Source: Eledone cirrhosa (Eukaryota). From it: DNA of 64,000 bases. Shown piece by piece: positions 12,424-26,971 of the stretch (the first letter of the stretch is position 1; each line of letters starts with the position of its first letter). The notes below the pieces were generated by a model. The model had not been told where the DNA came from, searched no databases, and saw only the letters and a program-made list of their open reading frames with translations. Where the stretch lies: assembly GCA_964016885.1 (NCBI GenBank), contig OZ024741.1, forward strand, positions 7,626,001 through 7,690,000. Direction: 5' to 3'. Made by a program: the position numbers and the translations under genes.

Positions 12424-15269
12424 AGAGAGAGAGATTAGAGTAGTCTCAATAGAATTTAGTAAGGTTCTAGCTGCGGATAGGAATAGGAAGGAAAGGGAGC
12501 TAATAGATAGAGTAGAAGAGGCAATTAGAAGCGGCGACGTGGCCAGAGTGCTAGCGTCGAGAACGGCTTTGAGCCAGTTTTTCGACGCGAAGCACGAAGG
12601 CTGCGTTGTCCGAAGTAAAATACGTGCTCTAGGGAACGAGGGGACCAAAGCTGTTAGCTGGGCCCGCGTGACAGAGGCCAACAGTGGAACTAAATCCACC
12701 ATCCGGTCTTTGCGAGACCTGGATGGACGGACGATTCTTGAGCCTAAGCAGATGTGTGAGGCCTTTCAAAGGCACTTTGCCCGACTGTTCGAGAGGGGCG
12801 GGGAGCCGGTTGGGAACGTGGACTTCGGTCCATACCTCGACGGCCTGCCGCGCCTCTCGGACAGGGAGGCGAAGTCCTGCGAGGAGCCGATTTCGGCCGC
12901 TGAGATAGAGGACGTGCTGAGCCAATGCGGCAAACGCAAATCCCCGGGTCTCGATGGTCTTCCTTACGAATTATATCTAGCTATGCCGGACTTGTTCCCC
13001 GATCTCCTCGAGGCGGTCTACTGCAACTGGCAACAGAACGGGAGAATTCCCTGTACTGTGACCAAGGGCGTAGTCACGCTAGTGAGGAAGGACGAGAACA
13101 AGGGGGACGAAATAAGTAACTTCAGGCCCATAACACTGCTAAATACAGAGTTACAGATTTTGGCCAAGGTGCTAGCAAAGAGGTTGGCGCTTGTCGTGGG
13201 CAACCTGGTGGGAGATGCGCAGACATGCGCTATCCCGTCCAGGTCCATCCATGACAACCTCCACCTCATGCGATACATCATAGAGAGGGTTGGGAACGAA
13301 CCCGGCTTTGGTGGGGCTCTGATCAACTTGGATCAATCTAAGGCGTTCGATAGGGTCGACCATGGTTACCTGGATGCGGTGCTAGCGGCGGCAGGCTTCG
13401 GACCCGTTTTCAGGGGCTGGATCACTGCTATGCACAGCAGCCGCATCTGCTCTAGGGTCAAGGTGAACGGCTACCTCTCGGAACCGTTCAAAATCGCGCG
13501 GTCCATCCGACAAGGGTGCCCTCTCTCCTCCCTTCTGTATGTGTTGACTCTCGAGCCACTACTGCGGAAGTTGGAGTTGTTGCAGGGCATCCCTTTGGAA
13601 CCGGGATTGCGGAAAGCGGTGTCGGCCTACGCCGATGACGTGACAGTAATGGTGTCGACGGCCTCCGAAATCGAGGTGGTCAGCACCTTACTGGAGGAGT
13701 ACGAAAAGTTCACAGGGGCTAAGCTGAACCGGGACAAGTCGATCGGTTTGCAACTCGGCACGTGGAGGGGCAGACCGATGCCCTCCGATGGCGTCGTCGG
13801 ACGCTGGACGGAGGGCCCGGTGAAGTTGCTCGAGGTCTGGTTCGGACCGGACCTCCAGGTGGAGAAAAACTGGGCGGAGGTTACGAACAGGGTGTTTGCA
13901 CTGACCCAGAAGTGGGCCAGTTGCAAACTATCCCTGAAAGGTCGGGCGGAGGTGGCGAACACCTACATAGCGTCCGTCATCTACTACCGCCTGACCGTAG
14001 TGCCCTGCCCAAGGGAAACCCTCACCAAGATGGAGCGCGCGCTCTTCCAATTCCTTTGGAAGAGGCGGGCTCCTATGGTGAGGAGATCCATCTGCTGTCA
14101 ACACCCTTCGAAAGGAGGGCTGGGGATGCCGTGGCTAATGATGCGTAAACACGCATTAAGGCTACGGCACCTCTATGTATTCCTCACCGGACAACCGGTG
14201 TGGGCCTCGTTTGTGAGACGAACCTTTCCCAGACTCGTCTCACTCACCGAGCTGCAATCCTGGGTCAAGCAAAGACCGAGAAAACTGGGCGCCTGGCACA
14301 CTGAGTGTGCCCAGGCGCTCACCGCCCTCTGGCAGGCGGATCCGGTTATCAGTGGAGACTCCACCGCAACATTCTATAGAGGGCTGGTACGCAGCAGGCG
14401 CGACGACGCCCTCGGAGAAGCCCTAGACATGGAGGAGGACGAACTGGCCAGCCTGTTCGGTAGGACATTCAGCCCGGGACCTATGGACAACTTCCAGAAG
14501 TCCCTGGCCTGGCAGTGCTACCGAGGGGCTTTACCCGTTCGAGAAAGGCTCTACAGACACGGGCGCCCGGGTAGGGACCCCGCCAAAAAGATCTGTCCCA
14601 GATGCGTGTGCGACGAGGAAACCGTTGCACACGCATTGGTACACTGCTCGGGCGTAGCCGATCTGTGGGGCTATGTCGAACAACTGCTGTCAAGGGTGGG
14701 ACCGATCCGGTTGACCACCGAGTCTATTGTAATGATCAAGCCGCCTCCCCCCTTCAAAGATGAAGCAGAGGCGGTGTTTCTGTGCGTAATAGCCATGGCG
14801 AAAGAGGTTGTATGGTGGACGCGTCTGAAAGGACTGAGGTCAGGCACCTTTCTCTCTGGCCAACAACTGGTCCGTTTCTTCCGATATCATTTCGGAAGAA
14901 GGATCAGGATGGAGAGAGAGGTGCTGCACCCCAGCCGTTTCTATGAAAGATGGGTGAAAGTGGCGAGAATGGCCCGTGTGAATGGGCCTTCACTCTACAT
15001 CAGACTATAGGTGAGGAAGATGAAAGACCAAGGGAGCACCCCTTCTCTGTGCTCCTGAGGAGAAGGGTTGCACACTTTTTTCGGGGGTGTGTGCGACCCC
15101 CCAAGGCGCCTCCTCTCTATTGAGGATTTTGTTAAAAATTTTATTTTTTGTTATATCTTATTTTATTTTTATATTTTGTTATTGCCTCCTCCTTATTGAG
15201 GACGCCTTTTTGTGTAAACTCCCCCTTTGTACTTGTCCCACTTTTGATGCCCTAGTGGCAAATAAAAGA

Positions 15270-15272
<3 letters not shown>
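12424..15272 (+). mobile_element. L1/Tx1-clade LINE, 5'-truncated, in (TA)n
   Basis: Uninterrupted ORF2; 3' UTR ends AATAAAAGAAAC followed by (TA)n; APE endonuclease absent. Confidence 0.9.
12539..15010 (+). CDS. LINE ORF2 reverse transcriptase with C-terminal CCHC zinc finger (frame stays open about 110 nt further upstream)
   Basis: Motifs KSPGLDGL, FRPITLLN, LDQSKAFDRVDH, IRQGCPLS, YADD, GGLG, CPRC...ETVAHALVHC. Confidence 0.92.
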   Translation: MARVLASRTALSQFFDAKHEGCVVRSKIRALGNEGTKAVSWARVTEANSGTKSTIRSLRDLDGRTILEPKQMCEAFQRHFARLFERGGEPVGNVDFGPYLDGLPRLSDREAKSCEEPISAAEIEDVLSQCGKRKSPGLDGLPYELYLAMPDLFPDLLEAVYCNWQQNGRIPCTVTKGVVTLVRKDENKGDEISNFRPITLLNTELQILAKVLAKRLALVVGNLVGDAQTCAIPSRSIHDNLHLMRYIIERVGNEPGFGGALINLDQSKAFDRVDHGYLDAVLAAAGFGPVFRGWITAMHSSRICSRVKVNGYLSEPFKIARSIRQGCPLSSLLYVLTLEPLLRKLELLQGIPLEPGLRKAVSAYADDVTVMVSTASEIEVVSTLLEEYEKFTGAKLNRDKSIGLQLGTWRGRPMPSDGVVGRWTEGPVKLLEVWFGPDLQVEKNWAEVTNRVFALTQKWASCKLSLKGRAEVANTYIASVIYYRLTVVPCPRETLTKMERALFQFLWKRRAPMVRRSICCQHPSKGGLGMPWLMMRKHALRLRHLYVFLTGQPVWASFVRRTFPRLVSLTELQSWVKQRPRKLGAWHTECAQALTALWQADPVISGDSTATFYRGLVRSRRDDALGEALDMEEDELASLFGRTFSPGPMDNFQKSLAWQCYRGALPVRERLYRHGRPGRDPAKKICPRCVCDEETVAHALVHCSGVADLWGYVEQLLSRVGPIRLTTESIVMIKPPPPFKDEAEAVFLCVIAMAKEVVWWTRLKGLRSGTFLSGQQLVRFFRYHFGRRIRMEREVLHPSRFYERWVKVARMARVNGPSLYIRL

Positions 15273-15321
<49 letters not shown>

Positions 15322-15577
15322 TATCCGTTTCGTGTTGGCTATTTCGCGTTTGTGTAAAGTGGATATGCGTAACAAAAATGGAAGAGGTGGTTTAATTATG
15401 CTCAACGTGGTCGGTGGAGTTGTGTGATATAAATATCTTGATGATTTGAGGTGCGTCATTGAGTATGGTACATAGGTTCCAATGTGTATTTCACGGAGTA
15501 ATTTATTATGAACAGAGTACGAGGAAAAACTAGGTAAGATTTGTTAAAATTCGACGAAAGATTTATTACACAATAGT

Positions 15578-15688
15578 CCCTAACACGTGTTTCAATGCAA
15601 TCATGCAATCGTGTACGAAAGCTGAATTATTATGTTTCACAATCCACTGTCCCGCAGTGCGTATTTTACATTCGATTTGATCAGAGAG
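15578..15688 (-). ncRNA. degenerate hammerhead-like motif
   Basis: CTCT-CTGATCA-long insert-GAAAC-ACGT-GTT-AGGG; core G replaced by C. Confidence 0.35.
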
Positions 15689-15779
15689 GTTCGGAGGAAA
15701 ACTGAGGCTCCGTGGACGGGGTCACACTTATATTATAGAAAATATATTGACCTCGTCCACGGAACGTCCTAGCCAAAAA

Positions 15780-17243
15780 GGAATATATCGAGAGACATGA
15801 TAGAGTTGGGATTTACATACACTAGAACTTTTCTCAACACTACGAAATACCAACAGAAAAATACTGGTGCAAGTACAGCAGAGAAGGTGTCAGAAAATGA
15901 CGAAGCAGCCATTCTCTGGGATTTGCCAATATATACTGACAGGACGATCAAAGCCAACCCACCTGATATTATTGTCAAAGACTACAAAGAAAAATGTCTT
16001 CTAATTGATGAATCAATCTCTGCAGACGACAATATATCTACCAAGGAAATAGAGAACCTATCCAAATATAAAGATCTAGGGATAAAATTAACCCGGATGT
16101 GGATGATAAAAAACTGAAAACAAATAGGTTTGTAGCGGAACTACTTCATACCTGGCAACAACAATGTTTCATATGTGATTTGGTTAAACAAACCAATCGT
16201 ATTAGATCGCGTATGAATACATTGTTGCCTCTTCCTTATAAAACCTTCTGCTGGTTCACTGTTGCCTCTTCCTTATAAAACCTTCTGCTGGTTCACCAGA
16301 GAGATAACTCTCCTGGCCAGCAAGATGAAAAGACCTGTAGTAAGAGTTGCCTCCCTTGTTATGACGTCACATCAGCAGCAGCGCTTGTACAAATAGAGGA
16401 GTCTAACTGCAGCGTTCGAAGAAGCCAGACGTTAATAGTTTCGCTCTGACTATTAACCACGTGATGGGATCCCCATCATGGGACCTTCACGTGCTAATCA
16501 CTTCAGTTCATTCTTTGAGACTTTAAACATCCAGGTTTAACATTTATGCACACACCACTCCATCAATAAAGCATTTGTTACGTTGATAAGCTCTGTTGTT
16601 TTTTACTCTGATACCAATAACTTTCAGTGAATTCAATGGAGTCATAACATATAAAAAATAGAAGATATTTCCATCGGACATTGACTAGCTATCCTTCTCT
16701 AACTGACTACATATCTTCTAAAGACCTATTACAGGATAACTCCTACTGTAATCCTCCTATAATCCTGCTATGAGAAATTGAACATGTATCAACAAAGCAT
16801 GTTCCACATTTCTTGAATTGCTCCTCTACGTTATATTTTCAATATGAGATATTCTACTGTGTAAAGAAATTTTGGTTTTCTACAATAAATTTATGCTTAT
16901 AGCGAATTGAGTGTTGAAAAAGATAATTGTTTATATCATGGATGTCAGAAGCTTGTCACAGCAAGAACGGAGGAAGGAATACACCAACCAAGGTATTTTC
17001 CTTGGATGTTTCGCCCAGGGAATGGTAAAAAAAGAACCATACAAACAGACACATAACCAAAACCCTAGGGTTCATAAATATATATAGCATACATAAGTTA
17101 GCACGCTTTGGCACTGCACACCTATTATGAAGAGTACTCTTAATACAATAGAAGTAATAACACCAAAACCCACACTGCACATACCCAAGGCACACACAGC
17201 TGTGCTCAGTAATGCTGTGATGACTCACAATACAAATAAGACT
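15780..17243 (+). pseudogene. R4/Dong-like retrotransposon 3' remnant (RLE domain), interrupted by a 0.9-kb insert
   Basis: ILWDLPIYTDRTIKANPPDII..LIDES..LSKYKDL..TRMW (15797-16117); resumes near 17045 as HITKTLG..IHKLARFGTAHLL; ends at (TAA)n. Confidence 0.75.
16131..16616. mobile_element. possible LTR-like insert
   Basis: Starts TGT and ends CA; AATAAA at 16565; internal 37-bp duplication; no TSD found; 3' end also reads as a TGGTATCAGAG PBS-like motif on the minus strand. Confidence 0.3.
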
Positions 17244-17254
17244 AATAATAATGG

Positions 17255-17430
17255 TTTCTACTTTTGGCACAAGGCCAGCAATAACCCAGTGCATTACTGG
17301 TACTTTATTTTATCGACCCGGTAAGGATGAAAGGCAAAGTTAACCTTGGCAGGATTTAAACTCAGAACGTAACGGGCTGTAGCTCCATGCTATGAAACAT
17401 GGTGTCCGATGTCCAACCAATCTATTGACC
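17255..17430 (-). mobile_element. tRNA-derived SINE
   Basis: Same family as 6077-6250. Confidence 0.75.
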
Positions 17431-17499
17431 CAATAATAATAATTTTTTCTACGTCCGTTGGTCGACGCCATATTGTTGTCTTATATTCTTAGAATATAA

Positions 17500-18005
17500 T
17501 TAGTTCTCTCCCTTTTACTCTCTCTCTTTCACTTTCTCTCCCTTTCACTCTCTCTCTCTCACGCTCTCTCACTCTCACTCTCTCTTTCTCCCTTTCACTC
17601 TCTCTCTCTCTTTCACTCTCTCTCTCTCTCTCACTATCACTCTCTCTCTCTCACTCTCTCTCTCTCACACACTCTCTCTCTCTCTCTCACTCTCTCTCCC
17701 TTTCACTCTCTCTCCCACTCTCTCTCTCACTCTCTCCCTTTCACTCTCTCTCTCTATCTTTCACTTTCTCTCTCACTCTCTCTCACTTTCACTCTCTCTC
17801 TCTCACACACACTCTCTCTCTCTCCCTTTCACTCTCTCTCCCTTTCACTCTCTCTCTCTCTCTCTCTCACTCTCTCCCTTTCTCTCTCTCTCTCTCCCCT
17901 TCACTCTCTCTCTCTCTCCCTCTCTCTCCCTTTCTCTCTTCCTTCCTCTCTCCCTTTCACTCTCTCTCTTTCACCCGCCTCTCTCTTCCTCTCACTCTTT
18001 CTCTC
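17500..18005. repeat. (CT)n-rich low-complexity tract
   Basis: Direct inspection. Confidence 0.95.
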
Positions 18006-18201
18006 CGTCAGGCAACATTTCATTCTCTGACAAGATTTATTCGTCTTGTAAGCAACACACACACACGCACACACACACACACATATTACTTTCTAGATAT
18101 TAAATTGGCTATATCACTAAATAATGTATGTATGTATGTATGTATGTATGTATGTATGTATGTATGTATGTATGTATGTATGTATGTATGTATGTATGTA
18201 T

Positions 18202-18588
18202 GACAAAAGGGCGGAAGAACTCATAAGAGTCAACGGCCATCCGAAAGTGTGTAAATATGTATATACACATGTACCGCACAGTTAAACCACTGGGAGTGAA
18301 GGACCCCTAGCCTTTGTCAGGACATTCTTCTAGGAGAAGGTAACTCAGGAAACTGGGATAACTCCGATATAAAACCTGCGGCTCAGTAGTTACCGATGAT
18401 GTTGATCTTTTCTTATTTTCGGGTTATAGCTACTGTCTCTCAGAGAGTGGGATTGGCTCAGTGCACAGTCTTTCCTCACTTTAAAAAATATCTTCACGCA
18501 CAGGCATTGCACGATAGAATTAATTAATAATTATTAATAATGGTATATCGTGCAATGGCCATACTCGATAACGAGGGGGCAGCCATCA
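18202..18588 (+). mobile_element. non-autonomous RTE-derived element, subfamily 2, 5'-truncated
   Basis: Reverse complement of most of 47012-47520; flanked by (TATG)n. Confidence 0.65.
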
Positions 18589-18611
18589 TGTGCGTATGTA
18601 TGTATATATAA

Positions 18612-18655
<44 letters not shown>

Positions 18656-18889
18656 CTATTAATATGTGTGTGCGTGTGTGTGTGTGTAATTAAAATGTAC
18701 AATAACCGTTTAATACACAGAAACGGAGGTGTCATATATATTTTATATATTTTTGTATTAAAAGTGCCACATCAGACACATCCATCGATATACAGCGTAT
18801 GAGGGACAGGGATCAATAATTGGTTTTGATATTGTCACTGATCTCTTCGATTCTGTGTTGGATGTTCGTGTTAAGAGAGAGGCTGAGTT

Positions 18890-19975
18890 GTATGTGTGTG
18901 TGTGGTGATGTATGTGTGTGTGTGAGGGGTGATATGTGTGTGTGTGTGTGTAGTGATAAATCTGTGTGTGTGTGTGTGTGAGGGGTGATATATGTGTGTG
19001 TGTGGTGATATATCTGTGTGTGTGTGTGAGGGGTGATATGTGTGTGTGTGAGGGGTGATATGTGTGTGTGTGTGTGGTGATATATCTGTGTGTGTGGTGA
19101 TGTATCTGTGTATGCGAGGGGTGATATATGTGTGTGTGTGTGATGATGTATGTAGGTGTGAGGGTGGTGCTGTATCTGTGTGTGTATGTGTGTGTGTGAG
19201 GTGATGTATCTGTGTGTGTGAGGGGTGATATATATGTGTGTGTGTGTGGTGATATATGCGTGTGTGTGTGTGGTGAGGTATGTGTGTGTGTGTGTGTGTG
19301 AGGGGTGGTATATCTGTGTGTGTGAGGGGTAATATGTGTGTGTGTGTGTGTGTGGTGATACATCTGTGTGTTTGTGTGGTGATATATCTGTGTGTGGTGA
19401 TACATCTGTGTGTTTGTGTGAGGGGTGATATGTGTGTGTGTGTGTGTGTGGTGATACATCTGTGTGTGTGTGTGAGGGGTGATATGTATGTGTGTGAGGG
19501 GTGATATGTGTGTGTGTGTGAGGGGTGATGTGTGTATGTGTGTGTGTGGTGATATTTCTGTGTGTGTGGTGATGTATTTGTGTGTGTGAGGGGTGAAATA
19601 TGTGTGTGTGTGTGTGGTGATGTATGTGGGTGTGAGGGTGGTGCTGTATCTGTGTGTGTATGTATGTGTGTGTGTGGTGATGTATCTGTGTGTGTGGGGG
19701 TGATGTATGTGTGTGTGTGAGGGGTGATATATGTGTGTTTGTGTGGTGATGTATCTGTGTGTGCGAGGGGTGATATGTGTGTGTGTGTGGTGTTATATCT
19801 GTGTGAGTGGTGATGTATCTGTGTGTGCGAGGGGTGATATATGTGTGTCTGTGTGTGGTGATGTATGTGGGTGTGAGGGTGGTGCTGTATCTGTGTGTGT
19901 ATGTGTGTGTGGTGATGTATATGTGTGTGTGGGGAGGTATGTATGTGTGTGTGGGGGTTGGTATGTGGTAGTGGG
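18890..19975. repeat. (GT)n-rich cryptic repeat
   Basis: GT runs punctuated by GGTGATAT/GAGGGGTGAT. Confidence 0.95.
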
Positions 19976-19994
19976 GGGATATTTGTATCTACAA

Positions 19995-21172
19995 CATGAG
20001 ACTACCTAAAGCCAAAGAAGCCCACAAAACTGGCAGGTCCAGGGAGACCTACAGGATATAGTGGGAAACATTGGTAGATAAGGAAGTCAGGACCAGGTAT
20101 GTAGATACTATTGCATTCAAATTCAGAGAACTCCCTGAGCAAACTAAGGACCTTAAGACGGAGTGGAGATTGTTCAGCTCAGCAGTTTCTGCTTCAGCTG
20201 TTAAATGCTGCAGGTGAAAAAGGCTTGGTGTGGCACCAGATGGAAGGAGGACCCCTTGATTCAATCAAGGGGTCAAAGATCCAATCCAAGCAAAGAAGTG
20301 TCCTACAAAACTTGGCTTAGAAGTAAGTCCTCCTTCTTGCACTTGTGGTACAAGCAGGCATGAAGAATTGCAGCAAAGACAGTAAAGGTGTCCAAAGTTA
20401 AGACATGGGAGGACTTTGGGGTTAAGCTGGAATCCGACTTCAGATCAGCAAATAAAGTGTTCTGGCAGACCATCTGCTGACTTCATAATAAGATACCCAC
20501 CTCCACCCCGGCTATCAAGAACATGTCATTGGTTCTCCTCTCTTCAGAGAAGTGCATCCTCGCGAGGTGGAGAGAATACTTTACTGATCTCCTAAACCCG
20601 ATCACAACAGCATCTTCTGATGTACACGAAGTACATCTGGGAGTGGTGACTAATCTCTCAGAGGTTGACGTTACAAAAGCAGTTAAAGAACTCAAATGTG
20701 ACAAAGCCGCTGGGGAAGATGAAATCCGACCTGCGATGTTAAAAGCCTTAAATAGAGAAGGTATTCTCTGGTTAATTCATGTGTGCCAAGTGGCCTGGAA
20801 GGGCATCTAAGAAATGGCGATCGGGAATGATAATCCCAATTTCCAAAAAAGGAGTCAAGAGAGATTGTTCCAGCTACAGAGGGATCTCCTTGTTTAGCCT
20901 TCCTCGTAAAATCTATGCTAAGTGTCTGGCAAAGATATGCAGGGAGATTATCGAGTCCAAGCTAGCTGATGAACAGTGTGGTTTTCGCCTAGGACACAGC
21001 ATAGCCGAGCAAATATTCACATTGCAGCAGGTCTTCGAGAAATCGTGGGCCTATTGCCAAGAGGTGTATTCTTGTTTTGAAAACCTCAAAAAGGTATATG
21101 ACCACGTTTCACGGGACCTGCTGTGGAAGGTTCTGCAGGAGTATGGGATCGATGATCAGCTTCTTGCTGTCC
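19995..21172 (+). pseudogene. degenerate RTE-clade LINE fragment
   Basis: RWREYFTDLLN, KAAGEDEIRPAMLKA, IIPISKKG..DCSSYRGISL, EQCGFR, KVYDHV; several stops and frameshifts. Confidence 0.85.
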
Positions 21173-21648
21173 TGATAAATGGTGTTAAATTAGCTTTGTA
21201 TCATAAAACCTGGTATAGTTTCAGGAGGGTTCGTATAAAAAGGAAAAAGGCTACAGTTAAACCGGCTGTAAAATGTAGGTACAGTTAATCCGGCTGTAAA
21301 ACGTAGGTTAGTAACATCTTATATTTGTGTTTGAAACACGTAAATAAATAATTGAAGATGGTGAAAATAATACAAAATGAAAACGAAGAGAAACGGGCAG
21401 CAATAGTCGTTGAGAAGGTCGCAGAATGTGTGACAAAAGAGCTTTGGCAATTAAATAACTAAACGGTTACCAGATTAACCGAGGAATGGATTAGTTACCT
21501 AACTTAAAATAAAACTGGAGTGAAAACCAACTGCTACGTGTGTATTTATTTACAGCATGATCCTTCCAAGATATAAACATTTTTATTTCAACTAAAGATC
21601 TCTCACCAAAAAAATCTTGTAAAATAAATACGAAGCGAAGCATATATG

Positions 21649-21709
<61 letters not shown>

Positions 21710-21811
21710 GTGTGTGTGTGTATATATATACATTTGGTGAGTAGTTTTAAACAGGTTAATCCTGATCTTTCTATACATGTATTATATACATCTTCAAACA
21801 TATATACCGAT

Positions 21812-21970
<159 letters not shown>

Positions 21971-22391
21971 GGGAGACACACATCTAATGATGTGTGAAAA
22001 GCTGTTTATGAAAGTTGTAATTGTATTGGTATTTGAAATAGGTTTCATGGGAAATAACAGAATGTTTATTACCCCTGGGGAGACCCTAATGTCTTACCCT
22101 TCAATACCGTCTTTTGTGCAGACATATTCAGGGGTCAAAGAAGAAGAATATCGAGAAAAAATCAGAGATTTTATTTCTTTCGTTATTTATTACCAAAATT
22201 AGCCGAAACCTGGTTGTTAAATATTCCTTAGATGGTTCAGGAATCGTCAGAATCTTCCAGTAAGGATTTCTCACATTTTATGGCCAAATCTTTGGTGACC
22301 TTTGTGTGAAGTCTGACTCGGGCTATAAATGTACCTATTTTACAGAAATAAAGCGAAATTCATTACGGCAGATATATTAGAACACACACAC

Positions 22392-22492
<101 letters not shown>

Positions 22493-22950
22493 TACACGCA
22501 CACACACACACATGCGCACACCCACAAACAAACAAGAACACGCACACACATAAACACACACACACACAAACACGCACACACATACAAACACACACACGTG
22601 CATATACACAAACATACATATAGTTCAAATTAAAATGAAGACACACACGAAGTACAACGATACACTGTGTTATTAATTTCATGCTTTATGGAAAAGGAAA
22701 AAGTATGTTTCAACGTTTCGGACGCTCGTCCTCCATCACCAGGAGAAAGTAAATTATTCTCGCTTGTTATTGCGAGGTTCGCGGATTGTTGCTGATCACG
22801 CAACACATGTTTTCTACTGGTTTCAGCCACCAGACTGCATATAAATATATATATATATATACTCTGCTCTGTATGAATATTGAGTGCTAATTTTGGCATA
22901 CCGCCTATGGAAGCACCATAGCTACCATTATACACAAGTATATATATATA

Positions 22951-23098
<148 letters not shown>

Positions 23099-23349
23099 TA
23101 AAATTAAATTGTTATAGAATACCAACTACAAGTGAAGTCATTATTTTTCTTATTTCAAATATCCCTAACTGTACCAAGGATTTCACACAATTTCCGATAT
23201 ATATATATATATTACTTGTTCCCTAATTATTATTATTGATACTCTCCTCCTCAATAGCATCGAGTGGTCATCTTGGCATACCGCCTGTCAACGCAATACA
23301 GTTGCACCTCTATTGCCACACACACACACGCGTACACACACACACACAT

Positions 23350-24080
23350 ATATATATATTTAAAACAGAGAATGTCTGTCTGTCTGTCAGTCCCCCTAAA
23401 ACTCGAGAACCACCCAACCGATTTTTTCAAACTTTACACATGTAATACTTATGGTCGTGTGAGTATTTTGAGCAAAAAATATTTCAAGTTTTCAATACCC
23501 TAGGGACCGCATTAGGCGCCGGTTAGCGATCTCTCTCTCTTTCTTAGTCTGTCTTTTTAGATAGATACATAGCTATAACGTCGCGCCCTTATAATATCTG
23601 TTTGTATGTCTGGCTGTCTGCATTACGACATTATGAAAACATTGACTTCGTTATCTGTGTGTGTGTGTGTATATATAGTATGTGTATATATATATAGTGT
23701 GTAACGTTTTTCGGAATATTTACTTCTGCGTTCACATATTGATTTTTTTAGTTTCAGAAGATCCCGTTAAGGGTGAAAGCAGCGATTCTTTGCTTCTTTT
23801 GCTTTCATTGTACCATAGCACAACAAATACATGTTCAGTTTGTCGAATGCCTTTTTACTTAACCCTATCGTCTTGGCTTAATGGGTTGAACATTTTACTC
23901 TCAGGCACCCAATTAAGTTAAACCCCTGGTAATCTACGACGAATTTTTTTTATAAGCACAAAATGAAGACACCATCCCGAGGCAGAGGTATTCCGTACTT
24001 CTCTGTACTGTTTCAGAAAGAAGGGATAAACCTGCCAATCTATGTTTAGAATCCCGAGCAACGCCGGGCCATTCTGCTAG
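23350..24080 (+). mobile_element. non-autonomous Helitron
   Basis: 5' TATATATTTAAAACAGAGAATGTCTGTCTGTC (TC start lost in the TA run); 3' hairpin CCCGAGCAACGCCGGG then CTAG|T, nearly the same terminus as 4973-6026. Confidence 0.75.
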
Positions 24081-24577
24081 TATTTATTAAAATAACAGAT
24101 TAAAGTTTAAGCAAAGAATCGCTGCTTTCAACATTAACGGGATCTTCTGAAACTTAAAAAAATTCAATCTGTGAACGCAGAAGTAAATATTTCGAAAAAC
24201 GTTGCAACCGAAGGAAAACAGGAAGACGATACTTTGGTTTGTGAAGCCGAGAATCATTCGGTTTCCTAAATACAATATTAGTCTAATGACTCCATTTATA
24301 CCATAAACGTGGTTTTGTCTTTGCTTGTATTTGTTCTCATGGTCCACATAACGACGTATTATCTTCGCTTTTTTCCCGTTCATTGTCAGGGAACGTCTTC
24401 ACGAACCAAAGTATCGTCTTCCTGTTTTCCTTCGGCTGCAACGTTTTTGGAAATATTTACTTCTGCGTTTACAGATTGATTTTTGTTTAGATTCAGAAAA
24501 TCCCGTTAAGGGCGAAAGCAGCGATTCTGTGCTTAAACTTTAATCAGTTATTTTAATAAATATTTGCTCTAGGGTTC
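24081..24577. mobile_element. fold-back element with about 165-bp inverted arms, probably PLE pLTR-derived
   Basis: 24081-24246 is inverted to 24398-24562; hammerhead-like CAGAAGA-TCCC-GTTAA-GGG-GAAA; third partial copy at 23700-23797. Confidence 0.6.
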
Positions 24578-24884
24578 TTATATATTTGATATATATTTAT
24601 CCTTATCGAGCCCTCTTTGGATTTTAGTCTTCACATTTATTATTATTAATATATATATAAAGTACCAGTAATACACTGGGATAATTGCTGGCCTTGTGCC
24701 AAAAGTAGAAACAATTATTAATATATATATATATATATATATATACGCACAAATATAACACATATATATGTATATGTATATTATATACATATTATACGTA
24801 TATGCCACGTGTTTTTCTTCTCGAATTTTCCGTTTCTTCTCACTCTCTTCTATCTTTCTATTACTTCTTTAATTTATCATTCTA

Positions 24885-24920
24885 TCTTCTGATGAAGGAC
24901 TAGTGTCCGAAATGTTATGA
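24885..24920 (+). ncRNA. minimal hammerhead ribozyme
   Basis: TCTT-CTGATGA-A-GGAC-TAGT-GTCC-GAAATGTTA-TGA; relatives on the minus strand at 32227-32262 (intact) and 22710-22742 (decayed). Confidence 0.7.
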
Positions 24921-25478
24921 CTCATTTCCTACTATATCAAGCGTTAAACACACACACACACGCACACAAACACACAGATATATAGTGTGTGGTGTGTGTG
25001 TGTGAATATATACTTATATGTGTGTGTGTGTACACATTTGTTTATCCCTTTTCATGTTTTAATTTGTTAAACTCCCTATTTTCTGGACCATTTACTTATT
25101 AAACACTTTAGATTCTGTCGTCTAATAATTCCATTTGTTTGTCTAAATATTCATATTTTTGTTCGGCTCCCACTAAAATGTTGCTGATATTACCTTAAGC
25201 CCCTTTAAGCAAAGAAGTCCACCTCACATTCAAGAAGGGCCTACCGCCATCTCTTGATAGAATCGTTGGAGACGTTTAGGTTCCTAATCAAATTTTGTTG
25301 GGGATCAAATAGCAGAGAAAAGTCTCTAAAGGGCCATTTAGGGAATTAAACAGCAGAAAAGCTACGGAGGTTCTCTCTCTCTGTCACTCTCTCTCTCTGA
25401 CAGTCTGTTTCTCTCTTTCTCCCTCTTCTTCACCCCACTCACTATATTTATCTCACTTCTTGATTATACACTTATACT

Positions 25479-26725
<1,247 letters not shown>

Positions 26726-26883
26726 AAGTGTGTGTATACTTAGATATGTACATACATATAGTCACACTCTACTATCGCAAGTACTGTGAATAATGGTCTA
26801 ACTAGTTTAATACTGGTTTAACCCTGATGTATATATTGAGTGGTCACCTGGGTGAACCTACAGTAACCCACGTTACACTCCCT

Positions 26884-26971
<88 letters not shown>

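Noticed and set aside
18780-18885. Peptide LSLNTNIQHRIEEISDNIK, faintly like hAT/Buster transposases
   Set aside because: Too short, with no neighbouring transposase sequence or TIRs
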